Assembly (NCBI GenBank): GCA_000004985.1
Contig: GG738860.1
DNA length: 64,000 bases
Strand: one strand, 5' to 3'
Source: Naegleria gruberi
Lineage: Eukaryota
This document shows positions 11,743-22,395 of the stretch, piece after piece; the stretch's first letter is position 1; the number at the start of each line of letters is the position of its first letter. Both the position numbers and the translations under genes were made by a program. The notes beneath the pieces were generated by a model, which was given only the letters and a program-made list of their open reading frames with translations, ran no database searches and had not been told where the DNA came from.

Positions 11743-12330
11743 TTAATTTTGGGAGGAGAAATATTCCTTTGATTCCTTTGGATTTGGCTTGATGGTAGCC
11801 TTACCCTTTTGCCATCCGGCTGGGCAAACTTCACCGTGCTTTTCAACGAATTGGAAAGCTTCAACCAATCTCAAAGCTTCATCAACATTTCTACCAACTG
11901 GCAAATCGTTGACAGTAATTTGTCTCAAGTTTTGGTTACCATCAATGATGAACAAACCTCTGAGAGAAACACCACCTTCCAAAAGGACACCATAATCTCT
12001 AGCCAAAGACTTGTCAAGATCGGCAATAAGTGGAATATCAACCTTACCCAAACCACCTTCCTTTCTTGGAGTTTGAGTCCAAGCCAAGTGAGTGAATTCA
12101 GAGTCAACAGAAGCACCAATGACTTCAGCTCCAATTTCTCTGAAAGCAGCAGCCTTTTCAGAGAAGGCAATGATTTCAGTTGGACAGACGAAAGTAAAGT
12201 CCAATGGGTAGAAGAACAAGACAACATATTTACCCTTGTAGTCAGACAAGCTGATTTGCTTGAATGAACCATCTTGCATCAAAGCAGTCTTGGTGAATTG
12301 TGGAGCAGGCTTTTGGATTTGTGGGGCCAT
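11743..12330 (-). CDS. Typical 2-Cys peroxiredoxin (Prx1/AhpC family)
   Basis: 195 aa. It has the peroxidatic motif FTFVCPTEI and the resolving motif VCPAGW. Length and colinearity match PRDX1-4/TSA1. Strong expression-type codon bias (TTG, GGT, AAG, GAC). TAA stop. Confidence 0.95.
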   Translation of the reverse strand: MAPQIQKPAPQFTKTALMQDGSFKQISLSDYKGKYVVLFFYPLDFTFVCPTEIIAFSEKAAAFREIGAEVIGASVDSEFTHLAWTQTPRKEGGLGKVDIPLIADLDKSLARDYGVLLEGGVSLRGLFIIDGNQNLRQITVNDLPVGRNVDEALRLVEAFQFVEKHGEVCPAGWQKGKATIKPNPKESKEYFSSQN

Positions 12331-13086
12331 TTGTATTGTTGGTATTTTTTTGATTTTAAAAAAATAAAATTTTATTCGCTTAAATAGATCGCGTCATGTT
12401 ATTGTACGGACACCAAGGACTTTACTCTTGTAAGCTTGAGTGCTTTCAGAAGAAGCTTCTTCGTTGATCAAGAAAAACTTCCGGTCGGAAATTCTGTAGT
12501 GTTGTAATTGACTGATTCACCAAGGATACACCTTGAGGAAGGATTAATGGATACTTTGTGCTCACAATTAAGATTTTCCCAAAGTCCATTGAACCAAACC
12601 TCCACCTTCAATTAAAAAACAGCATATCAAAAAAAAGAACTAATTCTCTTTCAAATGAAAATACTCATACAGAATTGACCTAAGCCTTTAATATTAAATA
12701 TGGCATTGTTCTGAAAAAAGGCAAGATTAATATATAATACAATTACAGAATTGGGATTATTCTTCATCAAAAATTGGATTGAATTTGAAATTTACCACAA
12801 AGATCAGTAAATATTAGAATACAGTATAATGTCCAAATCTGAAACTTGAAATTATTGAAAAACAATTACAAATTGAATGTAAATTTCGAGATTGTAAAAA
12901 AATACAATATCGAAATGACGATCATCCCTCCATTTCAAATTTTGGATTGATGTTTGTAAGCTGGTTACCTATTGTATTAACGTTGCTGTGCCATGACCCG
13001 AATTCGGCACAAATTCAAGTTATTTTTATTATTGCTTGGCTTTAAAAATAAAATTTTATTGCATTATTTTTTGAAGAATTAAAAAA

Positions 13087-16000
13087 ATGGTTAAGAAAGA
13101 CAACAAGAAAAAGCTCTCTGACGATGATTACATGTCAATGCTCGCCGAAGAACCTTCTGGTGAAGTAATTGCTGAAGAACCAGTTACTGAAACCAAACAA
13201 CCAGAAACAAAGAAGGACAATAAGAAGGATAATAAAAAGGATAAAAAGAAAAAGGGTGGTAATGATGATTATGAATCTATGATTGCTGGTTCAATCGAAG
13301 AAGACAATAATACAGCCGAAGAAGCTCCTTCAGAACCTCAACCAAAGAAAGGAGGTAAAAAAGAAGAACCAAAGAAAGACAATAAGAAGGATAAAAAGAA
13401 GAAGGGTGGCAATGATGACTATTTGTCCATGATTGCTGAAACTGGTGATGAAAACGAACAACAAGAAGAAACACCAGCAGCCGAAGAAAAGCCAGAAAAG
13501 AAGGGCAATAAGAAGGATGAAAAGAAAACCGAAAAGAAGGACGATAAGAAAAAGGATGATAAAAAGAAGGACGATAAAAAGGAAAAGCCTTCAGCGGCCA
13601 AACCTGGTTCTGCTGCAGCTAAATCCAAGGCACCTTCAAAGGCTGTTGCTGCATTGAAGGAAAAGCTTCAAAAACAAAAGGAAGAAGAAGAAAGAATTAA
13701 GAGAGAAGAAGAAGAAAGAATCAAGAATGAACAAATGCTTCAAAAGTTAGCAGAACAAGAAGAAAGAAGAAAGGAACAAGAAAAAGTTGCTGAAAAACAA
13801 AAGAAGAAGCAAGAAATTGAAGAATTGAAGAAGAAGGGTTTGTACAAGACAAAGAAACAAATTGAAGAAGAAAAGAGAGGTGAACAAATGAGAGCATTGA
13901 TGCTTCAAATGGGTCACGTTGCTGCTTTTGCTGATAAGAAAAAATCTGATAAGAAGGATGACAAACAAAAAGATCAACCAAAGAGTGACAATAAGGAAGA
14001 TAAAAAGAAGGACGAAAAGAAGAAAAATGAAAAGAAACAAGAACAAAAGAAGGAAGTTGCTATTTCAGATGACAGCTGGGAAGATTTCGATATTGATGGA
14101 GATGGATCAGCTGCCACTACTGAAAAAGTTGAAACTGTCAAACAACCAGTTAAGGAAGAAGAAGTTCAAGTCGATGATGAAGAAGAAGAAGAAGAAGAAA
14201 AGGAAGAAGTTGAACTAGATGATGAAAATACTATCGGAAATGCTGCTGAACAATCTAATGAAGATTCTCAAACCGAAGTAGAATCTCAAGAAGATAGGGA
14301 AGATAAGAAGAATTCAGGTGCAGATCTTCGTTCACCAATTTGTTGTGTTTTGGGACACGTCGACGTTGGTAAAACTAAGATTTTGGATAAGATCAGAAGT
14401 ACAAACGTTCAAAGTGGTGAAGCTGGTGGTATTACCCAACAAATCGGTGCTACTTATGTTCCTATTGATGCTATTAAGAAGCAAACCTTCAAGCTCAATG
14501 AAAGTGTTAAGAAGCAATTGCAATACAATTTGCCAGGTTTGTTGATTATTGATACACCAGGTCACGAATCTTTCAACAACTTGAGATCTAGAGGTTCATC
14601 TTTGTGTGACATTGCCATCTTGGTTATTGATATCAAGCACGGTTTGGAAAGACAAACAATTGAATCTTTACAATTGATTAAGAATAGAAAGACTCCATTC
14701 ATTGTTGCTCTTAACAAGGTTGATGCTTTGTATGAATGGAAAGCAACTCCAAATGCTCCAATTAGAGAATCTTTGAAGAATCAAAAGAAGAACGTTATTC
14801 AACAATTCGAACAAAAGGTTAAGGATGTTCAACTCCAACTCATGGAACACGGTCTCAATTCTGAACTTTACTATAAGAATAAGGACTTTAAGTCTTGTTT
14901 ATCTTTGGTTCCAACATCAGCTCACACTGGTGAAGGTATTCCTGATTTGTTGGCTCTTATGTGTCAATTGACTCAAAAGCACATGGTCAAGAAGTTGACT
15001 TACAAGTCAGCTATTGAATGTACAATTTTGGAAGTTAAGGTTGTAGAAGGTCACGGTACTACTGTAGACGTTATTCTTTCAAACGGTATTCTTAGAGAAG
15101 GTGACACCATTGTTGTCTGTGGTTTTAACGGGCCGATTGTCACACAAATTCGTGCTCTTTTGACACCGAAACCTTTAAGAGAAATTAGAGTTAAGGGTGA
15201 ATATATCCATTGTAAGGAAGTTAAGGCTTCTTTGGGTATTAAGTTATCTGCTCAAGATCTTGATGGTGCTGTTCCTGGTTCCCAACTTTTGGTATACAAG
15301 AATGGAGATGATTTGGATGCTATGAAGGAAGAAGTTATGGCTGATTTGAAGGAAGTTTTGAACAGAATTTCCACAACTGGTAAGGGTGTCTTTGTTCAAG
15401 CCAGTACATTGGGTTCTCTTGAAGCTTTGTTGGAATTCTTAAAGTCAGAACATATTCCAGTTTCTGGTATTAACATTGGTCCAGTTCACAAGAAGGATAT
15501 CATCAGAACTTCAGTTATGTTAGAAAATGCTCCTGAATATGCTGTATTGCTTGCTTTCGATGTTAAGATTACTGCTGATGCTAAGGAAGAAGCTGACAAA
15601 TTGGGTATTACCATTTTCTCTGCTGACATTATTTATCACTTGTTTGATAGATTCAAAGAACACAAGGCCAAGAAACTTGAAGAAAAGAAGAAGGCTGCCG
15701 AAAATGACGTTGTTTGGCCATGTATCTTTAAGATTCTTCCAGATTGTATTTTCCACAAGAGAGATCCAATCACTGTTGGTGTTGAAATTGTTGAAGGTGT
15801 TTTGAAGCTCAATACTCCAATTGTTCTCCCAACCAAGGAAATGCTCGTTGTTGGTAAAGTTGTAAGTATTGAACACAACAAGCAACCTGTCAAGGAAGCT
15901 GATAAGGGCAAGCAAGTTGCTATCTCGATAGAATCCAAGAAGGAATATGGTAAGCACTTTGATCACACCGATATTTGTTACTCCAAGATTTCAAGAAGAT

Positions 16001-16098
16001 CAATTGATATTCTCAAGGATTTATATCCAGAAATTAAGGAAAGAAAAGATTTACTTCTCTTGATCCACAAGCTCAAGCAAGTCCTCAACATTCCATAA
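13087..16098 (+). CDS. EIF5B: Translation initiation factor eIF5B (IF2 homolog)
   Basis: 1003 aa, single exon. It has a K/E/D-rich N-terminal region. The GTPase motifs are GHVDVGKT, DTPGH and NKVD, followed by the beta-barrel domains typical of eIF5B. TAA stop. Confidence 0.95.
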   Translation: MVKKDNKKKLSDDDYMSMLAEEPSGEVIAEEPVTETKQPETKKDNKKDNKKDKKKKGGNDDYESMIAGSIEEDNNTAEEAPSEPQPKKGGKKEEPKKDNKKDKKKKGGNDDYLSMIAETGDENEQQEETPAAEEKPEKKGNKKDEKKTEKKDDKKKDDKKKDDKKEKPSAAKPGSAAAKSKAPSKAVAALKEKLQKQKEEEERIKREEEERIKNEQMLQKLAEQEERRKEQEKVAEKQKKKQEIEELKKKGLYKTKKQIEEEKRGEQMRALMLQMGHVAAFADKKKSDKKDDKQKDQPKSDNKEDKKKDEKKKNEKKQEQKKEVAISDDSWEDFDIDGDGSAATTEKVETVKQPVKEEEVQVDDEEEEEEEKEEVELDDENTIGNAAEQSNEDSQTEVESQEDREDKKNSGADLRSPICCVLGHVDVGKTKILDKIRSTNVQSGEAGGITQQIGATYVPIDAIKKQTFKLNESVKKQLQYNLPGLLIIDTPGHESFNNLRSRGSSLCDIAILVIDIKHGLERQTIESLQLIKNRKTPFIVALNKVDALYEWKATPNAPIRESLKNQKKNVIQQFEQKVKDVQLQLMEHGLNSELYYKNKDFKSCLSLVPTSAHTGEGIPDLLALMCQLTQKHMVKKLTYKSAIECTILEVKVVEGHGTTVDVILSNGILREGDTIVVCGFNGPIVTQIRALLTPKPLREIRVKGEYIHCKEVKASLGIKLSAQDLDGAVPGSQLLVYKNGDDLDAMKEEVMADLKEVLNRISTTGKGVFVQASTLGSLEALLEFLKSEHIPVSGINIGPVHKKDIIRTSVMLENAPEYAVLLAFDVKITADAKEEADKLGITIFSADIIYHLFDRFKEHKAKKLEEKKKAAENDVVWPCIFKILPDCIFHKRDPITVGVEIVEGVLKLNTPIVLPTKEMLVVGKVVSIEHNKQPVKEADKGKQVAISIESKKEYGKHFDHTDICYSKISRRSIDILKDLYPEIKERKDLLLLIHKLKQVLNIP

Positions 16099-16130
16099 AC
16101 TTTTTAGCTAAAAACTTATTTATTTACAAT

Positions 16131-17249
16131 TTAAATATTCATGTTCTGAATTCTTTTTTCTAATTCCTGCACAGCAAGTTCTCGTCTCTTTGATCTATCA
16201 GTAGTTTGTGATCCAATTGGTTGCTGTTCTGAAGCAACAACTTCAATATGTTTTTCGAGTAAGGCAGAGGCTGTTGATGATGAAGCGTGTTGGCTTGGTT
16301 TTGCAGGAGAATCCATGAAAATACTATCAAAATTAGAGCTAAGAGATACAGTCTTGTTTGAGGATTGATTATTTGATTGGATAGTCCTTAATTCTGAAAC
16401 AATCTTTAAAGATCTAGCCAAATTATATGTGTAATTAGAAACTGGAAGAATGAAAGGTTGTAGCGAGGAAGGGAATAATGTATGGAAAGCAAATGAATCA
16501 GAATGATCACCCTTATATGGTGCTTCTACAATTCCATCATAGGTAGTTTGATAGAATCTCAAATAAATCCAAGAAATATAAAATCCAAAGATGATAAATG
16601 GTAAATCAGTAACTTGATTGGCAACGAATGAAATTACAATACTAATACATAAAGCAACAAAAGGAACATCTTTTCCTCTTAATGGAATAAAATTAATTGG
16701 ATATTCTTCTGGAATTTGTTGTTTCATAATCATTGTAAATCCTAGAATAGATCCATGAAAACCATGATATTTAACAAATAGAGGAGCTGTAATTGTAAAT
16801 AAATACAAAATAAACGTCATTAATAATGTAAAAATTCCACACAAGCAAGAAACAATAAATAAAAACCATAAATACATGCTAGTTGTCCAAATATTTGCAA
16901 TTGTTGGAATTATTTGTTGTTGAGCAAGTAAAACATTCTTATTAATAATCCATTTACTTGTGACAATCACACTCAATACTGTAAATATAAAACTAATAAT
17001 TTCTGTTTCAATTAAAGATGATGTAAATATATTCCAAATGAATAGTTTACTAATTGTGTGATTCGGAATTAAACAAAAATACTCCTCAGTATCACTAAAT
17101 ACTTTAGACAAGACAAAAAGTAATGTTTGTACAAATATTATAATTTTAGCTACATTCGGAACGTTACTAAAGAATGGTACAATATATGTTTGTAGTATTC
17201 CCCCTCCGGATGATGATGATGATGATGATACTGAAGAGGAATTCATCAT
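16131..17249 (-). CDS. TMEM115: TMEM115 / PL6 family rhomboid-like membrane protein
   Basis: HGFHGSILGFTMIMKQ and ISWIYLRFYQ...DSFAFHTLFPSSLQPFILPV closely parallel human TMEM115 (IHGALGFLGGVLVALKQ; SWVYLRFYQ...DHFAFATFFPEILQPVVG). 372 aa, 4 or more TM helices. Its stop lies only 32 bp from the eIF5B stop (convergent). Confidence 0.8.
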   Translation of the reverse strand: MMNSSSVSSSSSSSGGGILQTYIVPFFSNVPNVAKIIIFVQTLLFVLSKVFSDTEEYFCLIPNHTISKLFIWNIFTSSLIETEIISFIFTVLSVIVTSKWIINKNVLLAQQQIIPTIANIWTTSMYLWFLFIVSCLCGIFTLLMTFILYLFTITAPLFVKYHGFHGSILGFTMIMKQQIPEEYPINFIPLRGKDVPFVALCISIVISFVANQVTDLPFIIFGFYISWIYLRFYQTTYDGIVEAPYKGDHSDSFAFHTLFPSSLQPFILPVSNYTYNLARSLKIVSELRTIQSNNQSSNKTVSLSSNFDSIFMDSPAKPSQHASSSTASALLEKHIEVVASEQQPIGSQTTDRSKRRELAVQELEKRIQNMNI

Positions 17250-17584
17250 GATGAAAATCTAAATCCTAAAATTTTTAATATATCAAATGAATAATCAATC
17301 CGTGTGTGGTGTGGTGTGGTTTGTGTCAATGATCACTGGTTAATATGGTGATGATGGAATAAAGGCTTGATGAATTTTTTTTAAATTTAAATAAAAACAA
17401 GAAATCCAATTCCTCAAAGCACGTCATTCATTTTGCAAACATACAATGTTCTAATCGTCATCATCATCATATTAATAACATGATCAAAGATGATGATCAT
17501 GATAATGACTCTAATAAAACACAATAAGAATAATTAAGAATATGAGATGATCATTATCATACAATAATAGAGAGAAGATTTGAT

Positions 17585-19699
17585 TTATTTTGTAATGATA
17601 ACTTGAATATAGAAAGGAAAGATGAATTGTTGTTGAGTTTTCTTATTATAAATACAAAGTAAATCCATGTGATGTAAACCTTGTTGAACACCAATGTAGT
17701 GCAAAACAACTTTGGTTGATTGAGATGGTTTTACAATACCAACATCAATTTGAGCATCTTGACAAATTATTGAAGATTCTGCTGTTGGTTGTGATGAGAG
17801 AATTAAATCACATTCACTATCACTAAAATTAGATAAAAATATTGAAATTGTAAAAGGTGCCATTAATGCAACTGATTGCTTATCACATTTGATTGATGCA
17901 AATAATCCACGTTTTAAAATAGCAACCCATGGTACTTCCATAAAACTCTTAAATGTTGATGTTTTTCCTTCATCTTCTTGATTTTTAATTGTATAAGTAA
18001 TATCAACTTTAGATTTATATTGAGCTAAACTATCATCCCATACAATTGAATTATTAGATGATTGATTTTCTAATGTACCATTACTATTAAAAGGTATACT
18101 TGCTGTTACACTCGAATTATTCATAAATAAATTAACTATGGATTTCTTATTTTGGAGTTTGTCAATTATTTCATCCATATTTCTATAAATTGGTGTTATT
18201 AATAAATTAAGTGTATATTGTTCAAAAGGTTTTAATTCTATTGGGAATTGTGATTTTTCTATAAAACAGTCAAATAAATCATAAATAGTAGAAGGAGGTG
18301 GTGATAATAAATAATTTGTTGTAGTTGTTTCATCAGAATCATTTGGCACTTTTTCCTCTCTTTCATTTACTATCATTAACTTTTGAGCTTCTCCAGGAGG
18401 TAAATAATTAAAGAATCTAGCATTTGTAAGGTTGAGTTCAACCTTTTCAATTTTAAGAGATTGATTTTCGCAAGTATTTTCTAGAACTAGTTGAATATAA
18501 TTTTTCATATTTAGCAATTTTGTTTTTGATTGTAATTTGATTGATTTTCTCAATACTATAGGTTTACATAATGCACATAAAAATATTCTTGAAGGAATAT
18601 ATTGTAAACTTGTTTCATAAGAAACAAGGAAATCCAAATCGAAATTATTAACTTTGAAAGATGGTGATTTAGCATCAGCCAATGATCTAACCATACTATC
18701 AGTGAATTGATCAGAAGGAATGAAAATTTCTGAAATTACAAAGTATGGATTTCTATTAGAGTCATTTAGTGGAACATCAATACTAAATGGAAATGTAACT
18801 CTAAAATCAGTACTATCTTGATCCAATAGTTCAATCTCATTACATGTTAATTCCATAAATACACTTTGAGTATTCACAGCTTGCTTGGCAACAAAATTAC
18901 TTTTAAATAAATAAAAATCAATAAATTCCTTGCTATTATCAAAATAATTAATCTCTATAGATGTTGCACTAGAACTAGATCCACCTGGTGTTGATGGAGT
19001 AGATGAACGAACACTTTCAGGAAATCTAGAAGAGATGTAAGTCTTGATATGTAATTTAGAAAATAATTCTCTCCAAACTTTCTTAGATTTAAATAATAAT
19101 GATTCTCTTTGTTTTTCATCAAGTAAAATTAAATTATTTGATGGTAAATACATATCATCTGCTTGTGCATCTTGACTTTTATCAGGTTTAATATCAAAAA
19201 TGTTTGCAAATGTTGTAAATAAATAACCATAAAGTAATTGATCAGCAATAGGGATAGTATTATTGGTACTTCCGAAGGCTGAATTTGAATTATTACTATT
19301 TGATGAAATATTACTTGATGCGAATGGTGCTGATAAAGGTGATGATAAATCCCTATCAATGATCAAGTTCGGATTTTGTTGTACTTGTTGTTGATATTTC
19401 AAAGCGAATGATGTATCAAATACATTACTAGATGGTTTTAAAATTATATTTCCTACTAATTTTCCACCTTCAAATACAACAGATCTATGAATATCATTAT
19501 GAATAGCTGATGTAAATTCAATAGAATAATCCACAATCATTGGGAGTAACTTTTCAGCTCTAAGCTCATTTTCTGAAAATTTTCCTGCGAATGATGCCTG
19601 ATTCACAGATGACTGAGGTGAAGAAGGTGGATGTGCTCCTTTCATTTTAATTTTTTTTAAAAATATTTTTAAAATAATAGCTATTATTTTAATAAACAT
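17585..19699 (-). CDS. Hypothetical protein (704 aa)
   Basis: Long ORF with S/N-rich linkers. The likely start is the internal Met MKGAHPP. The C-terminal segment (VVLHYIGVQQGLHHMDLLCIYNKK...) vaguely resembles the ASH/Ig-like C-termini of TRAPP-associated subunits, so I leave it unassigned. Confidence 0.45.
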   Translation of the reverse strand: MFIKIIAIILKIFLKKIKMKGAHPPSSPQSSVNQASFAGKFSENELRAEKLLPMIVDYSIEFTSAIHNDIHRSVVFEGGKLVGNIILKPSSNVFDTSFALKYQQQVQQNPNLIIDRDLSSPLSAPFASSNISSNSNNSNSAFGSTNNTIPIADQLLYGYLFTTFANIFDIKPDKSQDAQADDMYLPSNNLILLDEKQRESLLFKSKKVWRELFSKLHIKTYISSRFPESVRSSTPSTPGGSSSSATSIEINYFDNSKEFIDFYLFKSNFVAKQAVNTQSVFMELTCNEIELLDQDSTDFRVTFPFSIDVPLNDSNRNPYFVISEIFIPSDQFTDSMVRSLADAKSPSFKVNNFDLDFLVSYETSLQYIPSRIFLCALCKPIVLRKSIKLQSKTKLLNMKNYIQLVLENTCENQSLKIEKVELNLTNARFFNYLPPGEAQKLMIVNEREEKVPNDSDETTTTNYLLSPPPSTIYDLFDCFIEKSQFPIELKPFEQYTLNLLITPIYRNMDEIIDKLQNKKSIVNLFMNNSSVTASIPFNSNGTLENQSSNNSIVWDDSLAQYKSKVDITYTIKNQEDEGKTSTFKSFMEVPWVAILKRGLFASIKCDKQSVALMAPFTISIFLSNFSDSECDLILSSQPTAESSIICQDAQIDVGIVKPSQSTKVVLHYIGVQQGLHHMDLLCIYNKKTQQQFIFPFYIQVIITK

Positions 19700-19737
19700 T
19701 TTTAATTTTTTAAAATTTAATACAAATTTTCACCTAT

Positions 19738-21117
19738 TTAATCAGACTTGGTTGTTGAATCATTAGAAACTCTTCTATTCTTCCTCTTCATTGGGTGCAA
19801 AACGTGAGCTTGAGCCAATTGTTGAGTCTTGGAAAGTTCCTTAATCAACTTAGCCTTCTGCACTTCATCCTTAAGAATTGGTTGAATGTGTTCAACAGAT
19901 GCCATGAGACCATCATTGTGTTTATCCATGATAGCTCTATCAATAGCATATTCAACATCACCAGCTTCAGCGGCATTCATCAACTTTTGATCCATTTCCT
20001 TTTCAACTTCATCACTTTCTTCTTCTTCTTCACGTTCATTTTGTTCATCTTCAACCTCAGTTCTATCCAAATCCTTGAACCAAGAAACTTCTTCATTGCC
20101 CATGTTATCCAAGTCACTGGCTGGAAGATCTTCAATTGAGCTCAATTCAAGAATCAATTTATCAGCAGCGGTAGTATCAAATCCTTCCTTAAGATTAGCA
20201 GAAGCAGATTCGAACAACTTTTCAATATTTTCAATATTAGTCAATGGACGGAATGAAAGATCTTCCTTATCATCAACATTAATATCTTCCAATTCCAAGC
20301 TAGCCATATCAATAGCTTCAAATTCATCTTCTTCACCAGTAGAAGAGAATGATTCTTCAATACCTTGTTGTTCCTTTTCGGCATTCATCTTGAGCAAACC
20401 TTCTGGTTCATTGATATATTCATAAGAGTCGAACAATTGTCCTGATTGTGTACCAACTCTTACATTCAAGTAGGCCATATGGTCAGCATATACCTTGCTA
20501 TTTGGATAGAGTGGATCTTCACCAACGCTTTCCTTTCTTAAAATCATTCTATCCTTTGTATTCTTCAAATGTTCGAGAGCAACTTCATCGTTAATACCAT
20601 ACTTTCCACTTCCAAATACTGTTGGAACAACGACACGAGCTGGGTTCAATTGGTTTTCAATATGTCTATCAATATTTTCAGGAGAGATGAAGTATTCAGC
20701 CTCAGAAGCTAATCTCCTCAAACTATCTCTTCTTTTACTTTGTTGAATAGATTCCCAGTTGATGGCTCTTTGTGCTCTTTCTTTTCTTTCTCGGTCGTGT
20801 TCTTCCTTTTCAATTTGCATCATTCTTTCGTGCATTTGCATATTTTGTATAGCGTTAGCTCTTTTATGTTTACGATAAATCAAAACTCTCTCTCTGTGAG
20901 AAGCGAATTCCTTTCTCGATTTTTCATCTTGTTGTTCCTTTGATGTTGTGTAAAATTGTTTATATTGCTTTCTAACATCGGTCATTTGTTCTTTGTGTTT
21001 TCTTTCACCGGCCTTAGCGTAACAAGCCTTTTGCAGCGTTACGTAAGGAATACATGTCTTGTTGGTGTGGTGTTGGACCAAAGATGAAGAGGAAATTCGT
21101 TTGATGGTTTTCAACAT
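19738..21117 (-). CDS. Hypothetical protein with basic N-terminus and acidic C-terminus; possibly a mitochondrial ribosomal protein (mS26-like)
   Basis: 459 aa. The N-terminus is presequence-like (MLKTIKRISSSSL...). A K/R/E-rich coiled segment (RERKERAQRAINWESIQQSKRRDSLRRLASEAEYFISPENIDRHIENQLNPARV) is reminiscent of MRPS26. The family call is low-confidence. Confidence 0.4.
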   Translation of the reverse strand: MLKTIKRISSSSLVQHHTNKTCIPYVTLQKACYAKAGERKHKEQMTDVRKQYKQFYTTSKEQQDEKSRKEFASHRERVLIYRKHKRANAIQNMQMHERMMQIEKEEHDRERKERAQRAINWESIQQSKRRDSLRRLASEAEYFISPENIDRHIENQLNPARVVVPTVFGSGKYGINDEVALEHLKNTKDRMILRKESVGEDPLYPNSKVYADHMAYLNVRVGTQSGQLFDSYEYINEPEGLLKMNAEKEQQGIEESFSSTGEEDEFEAIDMASLELEDINVDDKEDLSFRPLTNIENIEKLFESASANLKEGFDTTAADKLILELSSIEDLPASDLDNMGNEEVSWFKDLDRTEVEDEQNEREEEEESDEVEKEMDQKLMNAAEAGDVEYAIDRAIMDKHNDGLMASVEHIQPILKDEVQKAKLIKELSKTQQLAQAHVLHPMKRKNRRVSNDSTTKSD

Positions 21118-21467
21118 TTTTTTAAAAAAATTTCAAACAATTACAAAATAATAATGCACAATTTTAATTTTTATTAATTTTCAGTCACTTGCATATCGTT
21201 GATAAATCATCAATGATGTGAATAGATTTGCCACCGTTTTACTGTTGTTAATGCTAATTACTTTTCTCTCATGATGTAAATCGTAGTTTTGTGAAGAGGA
21301 ACAAGGTAATTATCTACCGCTGCTGAAAGCCGAAGACTTCCAAAAAATGGCGCCCAAACTTTACAAGAATGTTTTATTAGACGTTAAAAATTTAATATTC
21401 CCTCTTTTTAAAAGCTAACACCCTTAAAAACAACACAAATACATCAAAAAAATACCAATACAACAAA

Positions 21468-21935
21468 ATGAATCAAAATCAACAAGACTCACTCTACTGC
21501 GGAGAAGGAAATCAGTTGAGAAATAGGTATGTATTATTATCTAAATAAATTTTAATTAGATCAAAATTATCTAGACCAAGCATTAAGGTGAGGCAAGTAC
21601 CTGGAGGTGGTTCTTCATACAATTTCATCACTGGTGTTGATGCTAACGACAGACAAAACTTATCTTCATCCCATTCTTCATCTTCCCAAATGTCTTCTTC
21701 TCCTCCTCAATCCAGCAATAGACCAGGTAAAAAGAGTCAAGAAGTAACTGGTAAAATCGGTGGTGCCACAACTCAAAATCAACAACCACAATACAGCTAT
21801 AATCCTCAACAACCTCACGTCTCTAGGCAATCAAATCAAGAATCAGCTGCTTTATATTGCACAGAAGGTAATCAAGTCAGAACAAGACCATCTGTTAGAG
21901 TTGCTCAACAAAAGAAGGATCAAATTACTTTCTAA
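21468..21935 (+). CDS. Jupiter/HN1 (JPT)-like small protein
   Basis: Exon 1 is 21468..21526 (MNQNQQDSLYCGEGNQLRNR + AG). An intron at 21527..21559 (GTATGT...AATTAG), or alternatively ending at 21574, leads to exon 2 running to 21935. The product ...SIKVRQVPGGGSSYNFITGVD... matches the JPT1 N-terminal motif RVLRPPGGGSNFSLG. It is S/Q-rich. Confidence 0.55.
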
Positions 21936-21995
21936 ACCCCTGTACAGTATATTTATTCCCACAACACAAATAATGTATTATTAAGACCAATACAA

Positions 21996-22370
21996 TTATT
22001 CCTTTTTATTCTCAAAAAATGGTTTGTAATTGTGTGACAGTTTTATATTTTTCTTTTTCATTAGTTCTTGTATCTTTCTATCGTTCTCTTCTTCTAGTTG
22101 TTTGTTTATAGTTTCTTCTTCTTGATGATCAATACTTTCTTCGGAGGGTTTGATATCCAAGTAGGTTTCGAAGTCAATCATTTCACCCTGATGATAATTA
22201 GTTATTGAAGGTTCAGTGGAACTCTTCGTGCTAGTACTTGATTGTTTTGTTATTGTATTGGTTGTTGGAATTGAGTTTATCAAGGCTTCATCATTTATTG
22301 TTCCATCTTCATTAATAATGATTAAATCACTGCTCCCTTTGAAAATCTTCTTCCTTGTTGACATGGTCAA
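21996..22370 (-). CDS. Small acidic hypothetical protein (124 aa)
   Basis: ORF with S/T-rich and E-rich segments and no recognisable domain. Its start lies 25 bp from the start of the LRR gene (head-to-head). Confidence 0.35.
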   Translation of the reverse strand: MTMSTRKKIFKGSSDLIIINEDGTINDEALINSIPTTNTITKQSSTSTKSSTEPSITNYHQGEMIDFETYLDIKPSEESIDHQEEETINKQLEEENDRKIQELMKKKNIKLSHNYKPFFENKKE

Positions 22371-22395
22371 TTTAATTTATTTTCTAATTTAAAAA

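Noticed and set aside
11789-12272. Three ORFs (68-152 aa) overlapping the peroxiredoxin gene, and similar K/R/L-rich ORFs overlapping eIF5B (13277-14565, 15520-15966)
   Set aside because: They are antisense or out-of-frame shadows produced by strong codon bias and lysine-rich repeats. They have no homology and implausible composition.
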